IMG/VR virus record: IMGVR_UViG_3300037483_000793
Span: 64,001 to 128,000 of that record
From: a virus
Reading direction: 5' to 3' (one strand)
DNA: 64,000 nt
Shown here: piece after piece, positions 21,105-32,513 of the stretch
How positions within the stretch are numbered: position 1 is the stretch's first letter
How the letters are laid out: the number at the start of each line of letters is the position of its first letter
The notes under the pieces: model-generated
The model's input: only the letters and a program-made list of their open reading frames with translations
Told to the model about the DNA's origin: nothing
Databases searched by the model: none
Translations under genes and position numbers: made by a program

Positions 21105-21517
21105 AGACGTTCGTGTTCGATACGGGTGCACTGCCGCGCGTGTTGAACACGAAGCAGATCTATTGGATCGAGGATGGCAAGACGACGTCGAAGGTCTTGC
21201 TCGTTTCGACACCCGCGCCGATCGGTGCGACTCTCACCGAGATCGACGACGGCACAGAAGAGCGCGAGATCCGCGAAGCGATTCAAGCCGCGGCGCTCGC
21301 ATGCGACTGGGCACTCGCGTACGAGATCGTCACGCGCTACGGCTTGTCGGCGTGCCTGCGTTGCGGTGAAGACGTCTCGCAGCGTCCGACGTGGCGACTG
21401 CAAAACTTCAGTCGAATGATGTGCGCGATGAAGTACACGTTCCAGACGCCTGAGGTTGCAGGCTGGGGTGAAATTTGTGGCGGGTGTGCAGCGAAAATGC
21501 TCAAGGAAGGCGCGTGA
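21101..21517 (+). CDS. AIQxAW family protein, dispersed copy 6
   Basis: IREAIQAAALACDWALAYEIVTRYGLSACLRC...ICGGC; GCGATTCAAG at 21278. Confidence 0.7.
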   Translation: MKTFVFDTGALPRVLNTKQIYWIEDGKTTSKVLLVSTPAPIGATLTEIDDGTEEREIREAIQAAALACDWALAYEIVTRYGLSACLRCGEDVSQRPTWRLQNFSRMMCAMKYTFQTPEVAGWGEICGGCAAKMLKEGA

Positions 21518-21683
21518 TGGAGCGGCCCTACAATCACGAATCGTGGTGCGCGTACGAGTACGTCGAATGCGAGTTGTGCACGTGCGATCTCGAAGAGCGT
21601 CAAGCACGCTGGGATTGTGAGAATCGCGCGTCGAACGCTGCTGAATTACCACGCGCCATCACACGTCAGCGTCAACGGAGAGC

Positions 21684-22073
21684 GTGATGGAGAAAGCGAA
21701 GCGTCAGAAACTTGAAGCTGCTGGGTGGCGTGTTGGGTCCGCGAAGGCGTTCCTCGCGACGAAAGAGAAACAGCCGCCAAAGCCGCCGATGCGGTACGGC
21801 AAGCATGCGCTGGAACGTTTCATCGAGCGCTGGGGACCGATGCCCAACGCCGAACAAGTGCTCAAGGTCGCTGTCAGCTGCAGCGCCTACCACGTCGAGA
21901 ATGTCCCCGATGAGAATCAAAGCATCTGGGGTTTCGTCGTGCACTACGGTCCGCGCAAGGGCGAGGTCGCGCTTATGGTTGTCGCCGCCGACGGGACGGT
22001 TCGTACTGTTCTACCGTCGGGCTCGCGGCGGCCCGCGAAACGCCGCCCGACGCAACGTCGGAGATCCAAGTGA
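21684..22073 (+). CDS. Chimeric protein: HigA-antitoxin-like N-terminal peptide plus HALERF domain
   Basis: MEKAKRQKLEAAGWRVGSAKAFL then KHALERFIERW...VVAADGTVRTVLP. Confidence 0.45.
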   Translation: MMEKAKRQKLEAAGWRVGSAKAFLATKEKQPPKPPMRYGKHALERFIERWGPMPNAEQVLKVAVSCSAYHVENVPDENQSIWGFVVHYGPRKGEVALMVVAADGTVRTVLPSGSRRPAKRRPTQRRRSK

Positions 22074-22831
22074 AGATCCCGACGCTGGCCGAATGCGAAA
22101 AGGCGATCGGCGAGCCTGCAAGTTCGTGGACCGCGCGCTGCTACGAGATCTCGTGCAAGATCGTCAAGGCAGGTCTCGTGTCGCGCAAGCGCGGGCTCGG
22201 CGGCGAGGCCGTCTACGGCCACTGGCTTGGGCCCGTGTCGCCGCGTAGCCACTTCGCAGATCGCAAACGCACGTTGCCGTTCATCCCGCACGGCTGGATC
22301 TGGGTCGAGTCGCATTCCATGGTCATCGACCCGACACGGTGGGTGTTCGAGGCGCACACGCCGTACCTGTTCGCGGACTACGAGACCGACGAGACAACCG
22401 TCCGCTGCAAGCACTGCCAGATGCTGCAGTGCGAGCATGACTTCCTGGGCGCGAACGACGAATGCATCCTGTTCGAGCCCGAACGCTGGCCGTACGACGA
22501 AGGCGGCAACGCATGGCGTGCAGCAATACACATCCACCGACCGGCACCCGAGCCGAAGGCAAAGGACAAGCGATTCAAGCTCAAGCTCAGCAAGGACGTG
22601 GCGATCCTCGTCGGTGGGCTGCTCGGTCAACGAGACAGTACCAAGGCGACGGCCGAGCAGATCTTCTGGCTGTCGAACCTGCCCTACCAGCAGATCGCTG
22701 GTGGAATCGGTCCGCGCGCTGTCAAGGAGGTCTACGACGCGATCTGCGATGCAGGAAGTTACTACATCGAGTTCATTCCGTTGGATAACAGGGTGAAGGC
22801 GAAGCGCGAGGCCGGTTTCTCGCGCACGTAG
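22070..22831 (+). CDS. Hypothetical protein with CxxC insert
   Basis: 253-aa coupled ORF. Confidence 0.6.
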   Translation: MKIPTLAECEKAIGEPASSWTARCYEISCKIVKAGLVSRKRGLGGEAVYGHWLGPVSPRSHFADRKRTLPFIPHGWIWVESHSMVIDPTRWVFEAHTPYLFADYETDETTVRCKHCQMLQCEHDFLGANDECILFEPERWPYDEGGNAWRAAIHIHRPAPEPKAKDKRFKLKLSKDVAILVGGLLGQRDSTKATAEQIFWLSNLPYQQIAGGIGPRAVKEVYDAICDAGSYYIEFIPLDNRVKAKREAGFSRT

Positions 22832-22834
22832 GAG

Positions 22835-23062
22835 TTGGGAATGAACACGTTCGATAGCCTGAAAGTTTTCTCCGCGTCGCTGTACCGTGACCGCGAAGTA
22901 CTCGGCGAGCGGATCACCGATTGGATCGCAGCGAACGACGTCGAGATCTCGCGCTTCGAGGTCCGGCAGTCGTCCGATCGCGCTTTTCATTGCTTGACGA
23001 TCATCGTGTTCTATCGACAGGCCAGTAAGCCAAACGCTGCCGCCGGAGGCGTTCGTGGCTAG
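22835..23062 (+). CDS. Small conserved protein resembling a myxobacterial family (KVFSA...LGE.IT.W...QSSD..FHCLTI)
   Basis: Motif recalled from Myxococcota hypothetical proteins. Confidence 0.55.
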   Translation: MGMNTFDSLKVFSASLYRDREVLGERITDWIAANDVEISRFEVRQSSDRAFHCLTIIVFYRQASKPNAAAGGVRG

Positions 23063-24791
23063 AGAGCGGCACGGGCGCAAGATCGAGCCGTATGTTCCGT
23101 CGCCCGGTGCCCTGCCGTTGCACGAGGTCGTGCGTGAACTGTTCGAGAGCGCCCGCACGTTGGATCAGCTCGACGACGAAATCGGGCGGCTTTTGCGCGA
23201 GACGCAGGAACTGTTCTATACGCGTCGGCCGACAGGCTACCCTGTCGATGTTCCGTTCCCGCCGTGGGGCAAGCTCGCGTGGAGCGGTCGGCGCGGTCGG
23301 TGGCGTCTCGTTGTACTCGAAGACGAAGATTGCACGGACCTGTTCGACATGCCACGTGAGTGTCGCGCCGACGCGTGCCACTTGCTGGCCAAGCTCGCTG
23401 AAAGGATGAATCTGCTGTGAGGAGCTATGCGTCCCGTAACATCTTCCACGAGACCGCGATGGCGGTCTGGGCCGACGCTGTCGATTTGGTCGATCGCGTG
23501 AGCGATCGGCACCTCGATGAAGTGCGCTGCCACGAGCTGGCGCGTGCTGCATGGGCAGCACTCATGGATCTCAACCTGTACAAGCTCGTCAAGGCGAACG
23601 CGACCCTCGTACTCGTTGACGGTCAGCTCGGTGCGATCGAGCACAGCTGGCTCATGTACCGCTGGCATGATCCGATCGCGCCGAAGCGGTTTATCCTCGA
23701 CGTGTACTGTCCGGGACGGATACCGCAGGTGCAGTTGATCGACACGCACATCTTCATCGCGCGCAACTACGAGCAAGGTCCCGCGCGCACGGACATCTCG
23801 AACGAGATGACGTCGATGCTACTCGCGGAGATGCAACGTGGCCGATAACCTTCCAGCTGGCATGTTCGTCGTTACCGACAACGACATCTCGACGAAGACG
23901 CAGCTTGTCGCTGCGTTGCGGAAGTTTCTCGTGACAGGCAAGACGACGGTGCCGCCCGATAACGGCCGTGACTATCACGCGAGTCCTGGTGAGCTGGTGC
24001 TCGTACACGCGATCGCGGACTACTACGAGTACAACGATGCGATCCCGGACAAAGTCCTCGGCATCGGTGTTTTCCACGATCTGCGCAAGCATCTTGCTGA
24101 AGCGTTCCACGCGTTCCGTACCGAGCCCAAGTACGACGTCGTACGCGAGGCATACAAGCGCGAAACCGGCGAGAGCGACGAGATTCCAGACCTGTTCGAT
24201 GCACGCGGTCGCTGGACGCGACACCGTGTGGTCTACGATTTGTGTCGGCTCATGCCGCTGATCGCGGGTCGCATGGGTGGCGTATGGCTGGAGCGTGACC
24301 TCGAAGGTTACTTCGAATGTCAGGTGCACGTCGTCGAAGCAGCATGGCGTGAGTTCGTGCGGCGGTGCTACCGCGAGATCGCTCCTGTGATCAAAGCAAG
24401 CGGTTCGACTTCGCGCCGCGGGTTGTTCGGACGGACGTATCTGAACGCCGATGCGATGGCAGGCCGCGTCCAGTACACATTCGAGCGCATGACATCGGAG
24501 CCCGACCTAAAGATTCTCGATCAGTTGACGGCCCTGGCCGAGAATCGCGACGCCACCGTCGAGAACAAGTACGCCGCGATCGAGGCGTTGCTGATGACAC
24601 GCCGAGCACCGAAAGAGACGTGGGGGCGCTACGAGATCTCGTTTGCTGCTGACGAGAGCGACCTGCTCGGGATGCGCTCGGGCATGAACTTCCCGGGCTC
24701 AAGTATCACGGACTACAAGTCCTGCGTCGACATGATCGAAGACGTCGTGGCGCACTGGGATCTGTCGAAGCTCGTCGAAGGCCGCTATTGA
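23055..24791 (+). other. Three hypothetical CDSs (23055-23420, 23417-23848, 23838-24791)
   Basis: Coupled ORFs. Confidence 0.6.
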
Positions 24792-24797
24792 GACGAT

Positions 24798-24830
24798 ACT
24801 CTTGACTTGTCGTAGATCGCGCGCTAGCGT
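24798..24830 (+). promoter_or_regulatory. Class 2 sigma70-like promoter CTC-TTGACT-TGTC (TTGACT-N17-TAGCGT)
   Basis: CTCTTGACTTGTC also at 33979 and 36731, each with a 17-nt spacer to a -10-like hexamer. Confidence 0.7.
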
Positions 24831-24850
24831 GGGGTAGGTAGGTAGATCGC

Positions 24851-26212
24851 ATGAGCGACAGCAAGAAGATCCACATCATCTCGGGTGGTACGATCAGTCA
24901 CATCACGCCGCATCTCGGGCTCACGGCCCGCGCCTACGGCAACACGGGTCGTGCGCTTGCGCGGCTGTGCGCCGAACAGATGCCGACTCTCGATGCGTTG
25001 CTGCACCGCACGCGGATGGCAGGCGGTAACAAGCTCGAAACCAACGACGACGTCGAGCAGCTGATCAACAAGCTCAAGGCGGATGCGTCGACGAAGATCA
25101 TCTTCATGCCGGTCGCGCTGTGCGACTTCGATGTCGTCGAAGCGACGCGTACTGTCGAAGAGATGCGCGACGACATGCCGTACATTCGACACGTCAAGCA
25201 CGCACTCGGCAAGGATGCGCCGCGGCTGAAGACGTCCGAGCATGAGCGTCTACCGCTCGGCGAGTATGACTCGGCCGATACGCTCGGTGAGCCATCGCTG
25301 CATCTGGCACTCGTTCCTGCCAAGAAGATCATCCCGATGGGTCGTGACGGTCGCAAGGACATCTTCCTCGTCGGGTTCAAGACGACGAGTGGCGCGACCG
25401 AAGACGAGCAGTACATCGCCGGTCTGAACCTGCTCAAGGGCGCGAGCTGCAACCTCGTGCTCGCAAACGACCTCAAGACGCGCGTCAACATGATCATCAC
25501 GCCCGAGGAGGCGCGCTACCACGTCACGCGCGATCGCGAGACGGTATTGCGTGAGCTGGTCGACATGACAAAACTGCGTTCGCACCTGACGTTCACGCGC
25601 AGTACTGTGATTGCGGGCGAGCCTGTGTCGTGGACGAGCAATTTGGTCCCCGCGTCGCTGCGTCGCATCGTCAACCACTGCATCGAGAAGAACGCGTACA
25701 AGCCGTTCCGCGGTGCGACGGTTGGCCACTTCGCGGTCAAGATCTCCGACAACGAGTTCCTGACGTCGCAGCGCAAGACCAACTTCAACGACCTGCACAA
25801 GCTCGGCCTCGTCCGGATCAAGACCGACGGTCCCGACACCGTGCTCGCGTACGGCGCAAAACCGAGCGTAGGCGGTCAGAGCCAGCGCATCGTGTTCTCG
25901 GAGCACCCCGAGTACGACTGTATCGTGCACTTCCACTGTCCACTGCGTCAGACGTGGGATCTCCCATCACTTAGTGACATCCCCGTCGTCTCGCAACGCG
26001 AATACGAGTGCGGTTCGCACCAATGCGGCCAGAACACGTCGCGCGGCCTCAAGAAGTTCGGCAATCTCAGCTGCGTGATGCTCGATCAGCACGGCCCGAA
26101 CATCGTGTTCAATCACAGCATCGATCCCGACGAGGTCATCAACTTCATCGATGCGAATTTCGATCTGAACGCCAAAACAGGCGGCTACGTGACGCTGGGA
26201 GCGCAGTCGTGA
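24851..26212 (+). CDS. Fusion of CoaB/DFP-like (phosphopantothenate-cysteine ligase fold) and class II aldolase/adducin-like domains
   Basis: ISGGT...GNTGRALA, PVALCDF, LVGFKTT, LVLANDL; then GHFAVK..KPS..IVHFH..LDQHG. Confidence 0.7.
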   Translation: MSDSKKIHIISGGTISHITPHLGLTARAYGNTGRALARLCAEQMPTLDALLHRTRMAGGNKLETNDDVEQLINKLKADASTKIIFMPVALCDFDVVEATRTVEEMRDDMPYIRHVKHALGKDAPRLKTSEHERLPLGEYDSADTLGEPSLHLALVPAKKIIPMGRDGRKDIFLVGFKTTSGATEDEQYIAGLNLLKGASCNLVLANDLKTRVNMIITPEEARYHVTRDRETVLRELVDMTKLRSHLTFTRSTVIAGEPVSWTSNLVPASLRRIVNHCIEKNAYKPFRGATVGHFAVKISDNEFLTSQRKTNFNDLHKLGLVRIKTDGPDTVLAYGAKPSVGGQSQRIVFSEHPEYDCIVHFHCPLRQTWDLPSLSDIPVVSQREYECGSHQCGQNTSRGLKKFGNLSCVMLDQHGPNIVFNHSIDPDEVINFIDANFDLNAKTGGYVTLGAQS

Positions 26213-26649
26213 GCGGCAAAATTGTGATGAGCAAAGACGTTCTGCTCCAGACGCGTGTGCCCGCTGGCGCAGCGCGCGAAGTCAAACGTCGCGCTCGCAA
26301 CAACGGCGACTCCGACGCAGCGTGGTTGCGGCGTCTGTTGCTGGACGTGACCGGCGAAGCAGAAATCGTTCAACCGCGATCGCAATCCGCCGACGAGTTC
26401 TTCGACCTCGGGCAGCTGTTCATTCGCAAGTCGATGATCGTTGCGATGGACTGGATCGACCCGAACAAAGGCTCGTGCGCGTCCGGATCGAAACCGTGGG
26501 AGTTGCGCGTGCAGTTGCGCGACGGTAGCAGTCTGATGCTGTCGACGACACCGGCCAAGATCGTTCTGAAAGCGTTCGGCTTGCCGCACGCGAATCCGTA
26601 TCCGGCGGGCACTGAAGCGGCGCGGAAAGCAGAAAGGAACGCACGATGA
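26209..26649 (+). CDS. Protein with possible N-terminal ribbon-helix-helix domain
   Basis: LLQTRVPAGAAREVKRRARNNGDSDAAWLRRLL. Confidence 0.4.
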   Translation: MSGKIVMSKDVLLQTRVPAGAAREVKRRARNNGDSDAAWLRRLLLDVTGEAEIVQPRSQSADEFFDLGQLFIRKSMIVAMDWIDPNKGSCASGSKPWELRVQLRDGSSLMLSTTPAKIVLKAFGLPHANPYPAGTEAARKAERNAR

Positions 26650-29600
26650 CGGGCGACCTGACCATCCTCGACAAGCTCGCAGCGATCATCGCGAATTCCG
26701 ATGCCAGCGACGAGAACAAGTATGCAGCAATCCAGGTAGTGATGCTGACACGGCGCCCGCCGTCGTCGATGCTGACACTCAGTGCTTACGATCAAGAACT
26801 CGCCAAGAGCGCAGGCAATCCACTGCCTGTTGACGCTCTCGCACTCGTATTCGGTGACGGCCGCGCGTGCGTATGCGTTCGCATCTACGGATCCAGCGCT
26901 TGGCGCGAAATTATGTCCGCGCCGGGCACCACTGAGGATGGTCTGGCGTGTGGCGTCAGTTTGCGTTCGCCGGATGCGTTCGCGTGTGCGCCGTTTGCGA
27001 TCGCTGGAGGGCCAGACGACTTACACGTACCGCTGGCAGTGGCACCGTGAGCGTCAACTGGTCCAAGAAAGAGTTCGCGTCGAAGCTGGTACAGCACGTT
27101 CGGTTTGCATCGGAGCTTCAAATCGGTGACATCGTGTTCGAGGACGGCAACCCGATCGGTGTCGCGAAGGTCGTCGTGGGCAGCCGCGTCCAGATCTACG
27201 ATTGCGACGACAACGGCTGGGAGTACGCGAGCGAAAAGTTGGTCTTCATCGTGCCGCGTGAAATGCTGAGGACTACATGAACACGACACCACAGTTCAGT
27301 TACAACCGTCTCCTGAGCGGCAAAGCGATCGTCACGTGCACGTGCGGTTGGCGTGACCCGCTTGGGCCAATGCCGGTTAGTCCGTTCGATCCTCGCGAAG
27401 CGCTTGCAGCTGCAGCTGCTGAGCACCTGAAGTGCGACCCGCAGCCGCAGCCTATCACCGAGCTGACGACGCTCGGTGAACTAGCTGTACAGCGCAAGAT
27501 GCTTGGCATCACGAGCATGACGCTGTTCATCGACCCAGACGGTCCCCGACGTACGGTCGTCATTTTCAACCACGAGCAAGGTGCGTTGACCGGCGACGGT
27601 GAAACCGAAGCAGCAGCAATCGAAGCTGCATTCTCGGCGCTGCGACGTGCAATGTTGCCGCCGGAGCTGCGTGCGCTGCTCAACGCCCCAGCGCCTGCGA
27701 AGCCGTGACCGCCCCGATCGTCACACCGTATCCGAACACCGAGTTCGAGAACCGTCTGCATCGCTACCAACGTCAGCGCGATCTCGCGCTACGTGGCTAC
27801 GAAAGGAATCGAATGTCGCTTGCACTGGCCGAAGCACTCCGCAACGAAATCCGTGCCGCCCTCGAAGCAGACGGCAAACCGTTCGACATCAACGTCGCGC
27901 GCCACGTCTACGACCTCGCGATCGCCGCCAAGGACATGTGCGCCGCAGCGACGGCAGCGACAGGCGGCGTCGGTGACACGGTCAAGTTGATCGCCGACAA
28001 CAACGGTCCCATCGAGTCGCTCGGCGAGCTGGAGCCCGATGCACCTGCGGTACAAGCGCAGGCGTCTGAGACGTTCGGTGCACGTATCCTGCGCGAGCTG
28101 ATGGCGACGCTCAAGCCGCCACAGTCACTGCCGGTCGAGGACCCGAAGGCGCTCGTGCATGCGCTCGCCGAGGCACGCCGCAACGGCATGACGGACGTTG
28201 CTACCGAGCTGGAGATCAAGCTGTTCGGTCGCGAGCTGCTCAGCAACAAGCCGATCGCGCACGCGATCGATGTTCCGCATGGCAGCTTCGATCACGGCTA
28301 CGCCGACGGCAAGGTCGATCGCCCGCCGGAGTACGGCGATGAGAACAGCGACTACCATCTCGGTTTCCTGCGCGGCACTGAAGCGCGGTTCCTCGAACCG
28401 GTCGGTGGTCGTGCAGGCGCTATCGAGAAGAAACTTGTCGACGACCCGCCGCTCTGCGCGGCGTGCATCAAAGACCCTGATCCGCGCGGCGGCTCAGCGT
28501 GCTTCCGGTGCCGTAAGATCCGGCGGGCCGCTGACCGCGGCTCGGCGCATCCGTTCGTCACGCGCGTTACCGACCGCTTTGCGGGTCCGCCGTCTGAGAC
28601 CTGCGAGGTATGTGGCACTGATCCACGCAACGTGATGCACGAGAACCACGAACAGGCACTGCGCGATGCGCACAGCTCGAACGGAGTCACGATCGTATGA
28701 AAACCTGGTTCATTCCGAGCTGGAACGGCGACTTTCGACTCGTCGCAGGCGACGACGCGAACACGTCGAAGTTGCTCGTCATGGAGCCGACACCGCACGA
28801 GAAGCAACTGCTCGCCGTGTTCATGAAGCAAGCGCGCAAGAAGGGTTGGACCGCCGAGCCGTTCGCGGCCGATGACATCATCGATACGCGGACGATCGAG
28901 TTGAAGACGCCGCTGACCAAGGCCGGTCCCGCGCTCGTCAAGATCGTCAAGCCCAAAGACCGCACGCTAACGGCGGTCAGCTTCAAGAACGGCAAGCTCG
29001 AAGTCGCCGAGGCTGACGGGCTCACAACGCTCGTCGCGAAGGCCGAGAACGACAAAGAGGCCAAGGCTGTCAGCGTGTCGCGTCCGACGCCGTGCTGTCC
29101 GCGCTGTGAGCCAGGTGCAATCGCGCCCGCGCGCGACGTGCTGCTGGCCTTCCTCAACGAGCAGGAACACGCTGACTGGGCCGAGCACCGCGCGATCAGC
29201 GTGACGGGTGGGATGTCAGGTCACCGCTATCTGCTCGCGCACCGCAACAGTCCGACCGCCGGACGGCTCGGTAAGATCTGCTACGACATGGACGAGCGGT
29301 TCGTGTTGCACTTCCACGCGACAGATCTGCCACCTGAGGAAGAAATCCTCGCCGCGAAGCTGATCCTCGAACACCGTGAGCCCTGGCTGCGCAACGAGGC
29401 TACGGTCGTGCAGCAACGCGCTGACGGTACGTGGACGGACCTCGGTTTCATGCGCTACAAGAACCCGTTCGGCGACATCCAAGACGGTCGTGTCGACGCA
29501 GCGATCACAGGCGCGATCGGCGGGTTTGTGGAAATGATGTTGGACGTGAAACCGTGAAGGACGCCAACGGCCTGGAGATCGGCCCCGAGAAGCCGTGCCT

Positions 29601-32513
29601 GATCTGCGGCGAGCCTGCCTCGACACGTCCTGACGGCTCGGTACGCGCGCACTCGCGCTGGAAGGCTGAAGGCGTCCCACGGCTTGGTGTCGAGTCATGT
29701 CCAGGCGGGCACAAGCCGTCAACGACGTGTCCCGAGTGCGGCGTCGAGGACAGTGTCACGTGGCGGCGTGAAGAAGAGAAGTTCCCGTACGGCGCGCCGG
29801 TCGGCTACGGGGCCATCTACGGCGTCGAGCCCGAGATCGTCGAGCTGACCGCGATCGTCGATATGGGCCGCTGCGCCGTTTGCAAGTTCGAGTTCACCGA
29901 TTGGCGTGCTGAAATTGCGCGCGACGCAGCGGTGCAAGTGCACCTGAACGGAGCTGCGAAGTGAGCAACAAGTGCACCTGCGGTCAGCTCGGGCCGCTGT
30001 CACTGCGCAGCGGTGACATCTGCCTCTTCTGTGAACGGCAAGAAATCGAGAACAACTCGACCATCGGTGCGGGTGTTTCATCGAAGTCATACACGCGCGA
30101 CGTGGCGATCGCGACCATCGAGATGCAGCAGGCCCGAGGCGCGACCAGTCGTTGCCTGAAGTGTCGGCATGTGAGCGGCGACAACTGGGAGCAGTGTGAA
30201 GGCACCTGTCCGATGCCGGGCTCGCCGCACTACGACGATCTCACGGCGCACGCGTTTCAGCGAATCCCGTTGCCTCGTGAATAAGTCGAGAGTAACATGT
30301 GTCGTACAAGGGCAACGCTATGAAGTGGCTCAAGTACCAGCACAAGTTCTCGTCGGGGCGCAGCGCATGGCAGTGGAAGCGGCTTCCTGACAACGCGACT
30401 GAAAAATACGTTTGCGAAGAAGGCGTTCTCAGCGAGCTGACCGAGGAGTACAGCTTCTCCGACAAGTACAGCGGCATCGACTACGAGGTTGTTGACAAGG
30501 CCCCGCGCTGGGTAATCGAGGAGAAGATGCGCGCTGCCGCTTCACGTCGAGCTGACGCCGACGCCGATTTTCGCGAGTACGCGAACTTGATCGATGGCGC
30601 TCAATACATCACCTGTCGTCAGTGCGAAGCCGCGACGGTCGCGACCGACGAACACTACCGCACGTACTCGCACGACGGTTCGATCAAGCCGTGCCCAACC
30701 TGTGGACGCAAGGTGATCGCGGACACGATCAAGTTCTGGCTCATGCCAGATGACGAAGACGCCGTCAAACTTCTCGGCTCGCTAGTCGAGCAGGGTGCAC
30801 GCAGCGTCAAGAGCAAGAAGTTTCGTTGGCCCGTCGAAGACAAAGACGAAGAGGAGGCGTACCAGCGCCTCGGCAAGCTCGGTCTTGTCGCCGGTTCGAG
30901 CTACCAGAACGTTCACGAGATCCACGCGACGAGATCCGGCGAAGCCGAGTGGCGCAAACACAAAGGAACTGCAAAGTGAATGACAAGCTCGAACAGCTGC
31001 TCAAGCATCGCCCGTTCCGGATCTCGTTCCTGATCTCGTTCCTCGTCTGCTTCCTCGGTGTGATGAACGGCTTCGAGCGCGCGATTGTCAGCGTGCTCGT
31101 CGTCGCGCTCGGCACGCTGATCGGCTACGGTGGCGCGATGCGGTTCCGGCGCTGGCGTGGAGATTTCGACAAGTGAAGAACGCCGAGATCGTCAAGGCGC
31201 TACCGAACCTCAAGTCGCTTCAGTACGAACACGAGGCATTGAAGCGTCAGATCCAAAACCTGACGAAGCAGGAGCAGCAGCTGCAGCGCGAGATCGGCGT
31301 GCTCGGTCGCGTGACTGAAATCTTCGAAGGTGTCGCGCTGACCGTCAACGAGAAAGCCTACGCCAACGGTCCTGCACTTGACGTGCACGCTGCGGACTTC
31401 AGTCTCGCTCGGTGGGCTGACGTCTACCCGAACGCGCACAACGGCGGCAAGGACTGGGGCCTCAATATGCGCGACACCAGCGGTGCGGGCCCGGCGAGGC
31501 GCGAGAAGTGGGGTGGTACTGGCTGGCCGTTTGCCGAGGCGTGTGCCGCTGCGCGAGCGTACGTGGCTCACGGTACCGAGCCCACTGAGGCGTATATAGA
31601 AATGATCAAGCTGCGACACGCACTCGACCCCGAGCGCAAAGCGCCGAAGCGTCGCCGTGACGCGTTCGAGGCCGCGTACACAGCCGGACACGTCGAGCTG
31701 GCGAAGGAGTTGCTCGTTGGCCGTGCGAAGCTATCCGCCTTCAAGAAGACCGAACGAGAGGATGCGAGTGATGGACAACTACAAGACCAGTGACTACTGC
31801 GCGGTTTGCAACGAGTCACCCGAGTCAGGTACGCACCTGATGGGTCCGCGGCACCATGATTACGTACCGCCGACTGCTGATGACATCTGCACGTGCGGTC
31901 GGCCGCGTGGATCACAGGTACACGCATTCGATGCACCGCAAGGACACAAGTGGATGCCGGAGACGACTGTGCCTGTACCGCTCGAAGCTGCGCTGCGTGC
32001 GTCGACTACGCTGCACAACGACCCGAACATGGTCGCCATCGATGAGCGTGGCCGTGTTCTGACCGCGCCGAGCCTGATGCGCGTGATGGTCGAGGATCGT
32101 CCGGGCATGCCGCAGTTCGGTGTGCTCGTCGGCATGTTGCTCGACGAGCACGGTGACATGCAATCGGTAGTTCGGCTCGATCACTACGGCATGATGCTCA
32201 AGACGTTTCATCCGTCGAAGGTCACGCCCGTCACGCCCGAGCAGGAAGAGAACTACAAGCCGTGAGCCGTTTTCCTGTCGATCACTACTGCCTGGCGCTA
32301 CGTGACCGCGAGCGGGTGCCGCCTGGCGGTATGATTCGCGCACTCGCGAAGCGCTGTGTCTGGTTGGAGCAACGTATCGAAATCCACGCTGCACAGGGTA
32401 AAGCACACCACTTCTATACGGACGAGCTAGCAGCAATTGTCAGCCTCGTCGAGGCGCAACTGAACGTGCCGTTTTTTCAAGAGCGCTTGATAACGGAACG
32501 GAACCGGCCATGA
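26646..32513 (+). other. Run of about 12 coupled hypothetical CDSs (26646-27050, 27047-27280, 27277-27708, 27705-28700, 28697-29557, 29554-29964, 29961-30284, 30320-30979, 30976-31176 membrane, 31173-31793, 31771-32265, 32262-32513)
   Basis: Contiguous 4-nt overlaps; many CxxC motifs. Confidence 0.6.

Noticed and set aside
28253-28268. Perfect palindrome copy inside 27705-28700
   Set aside because: Mid-gene, encodes Ile-Ala-His-Ala-Ile; treated as background, as is possibly the copy at 41948
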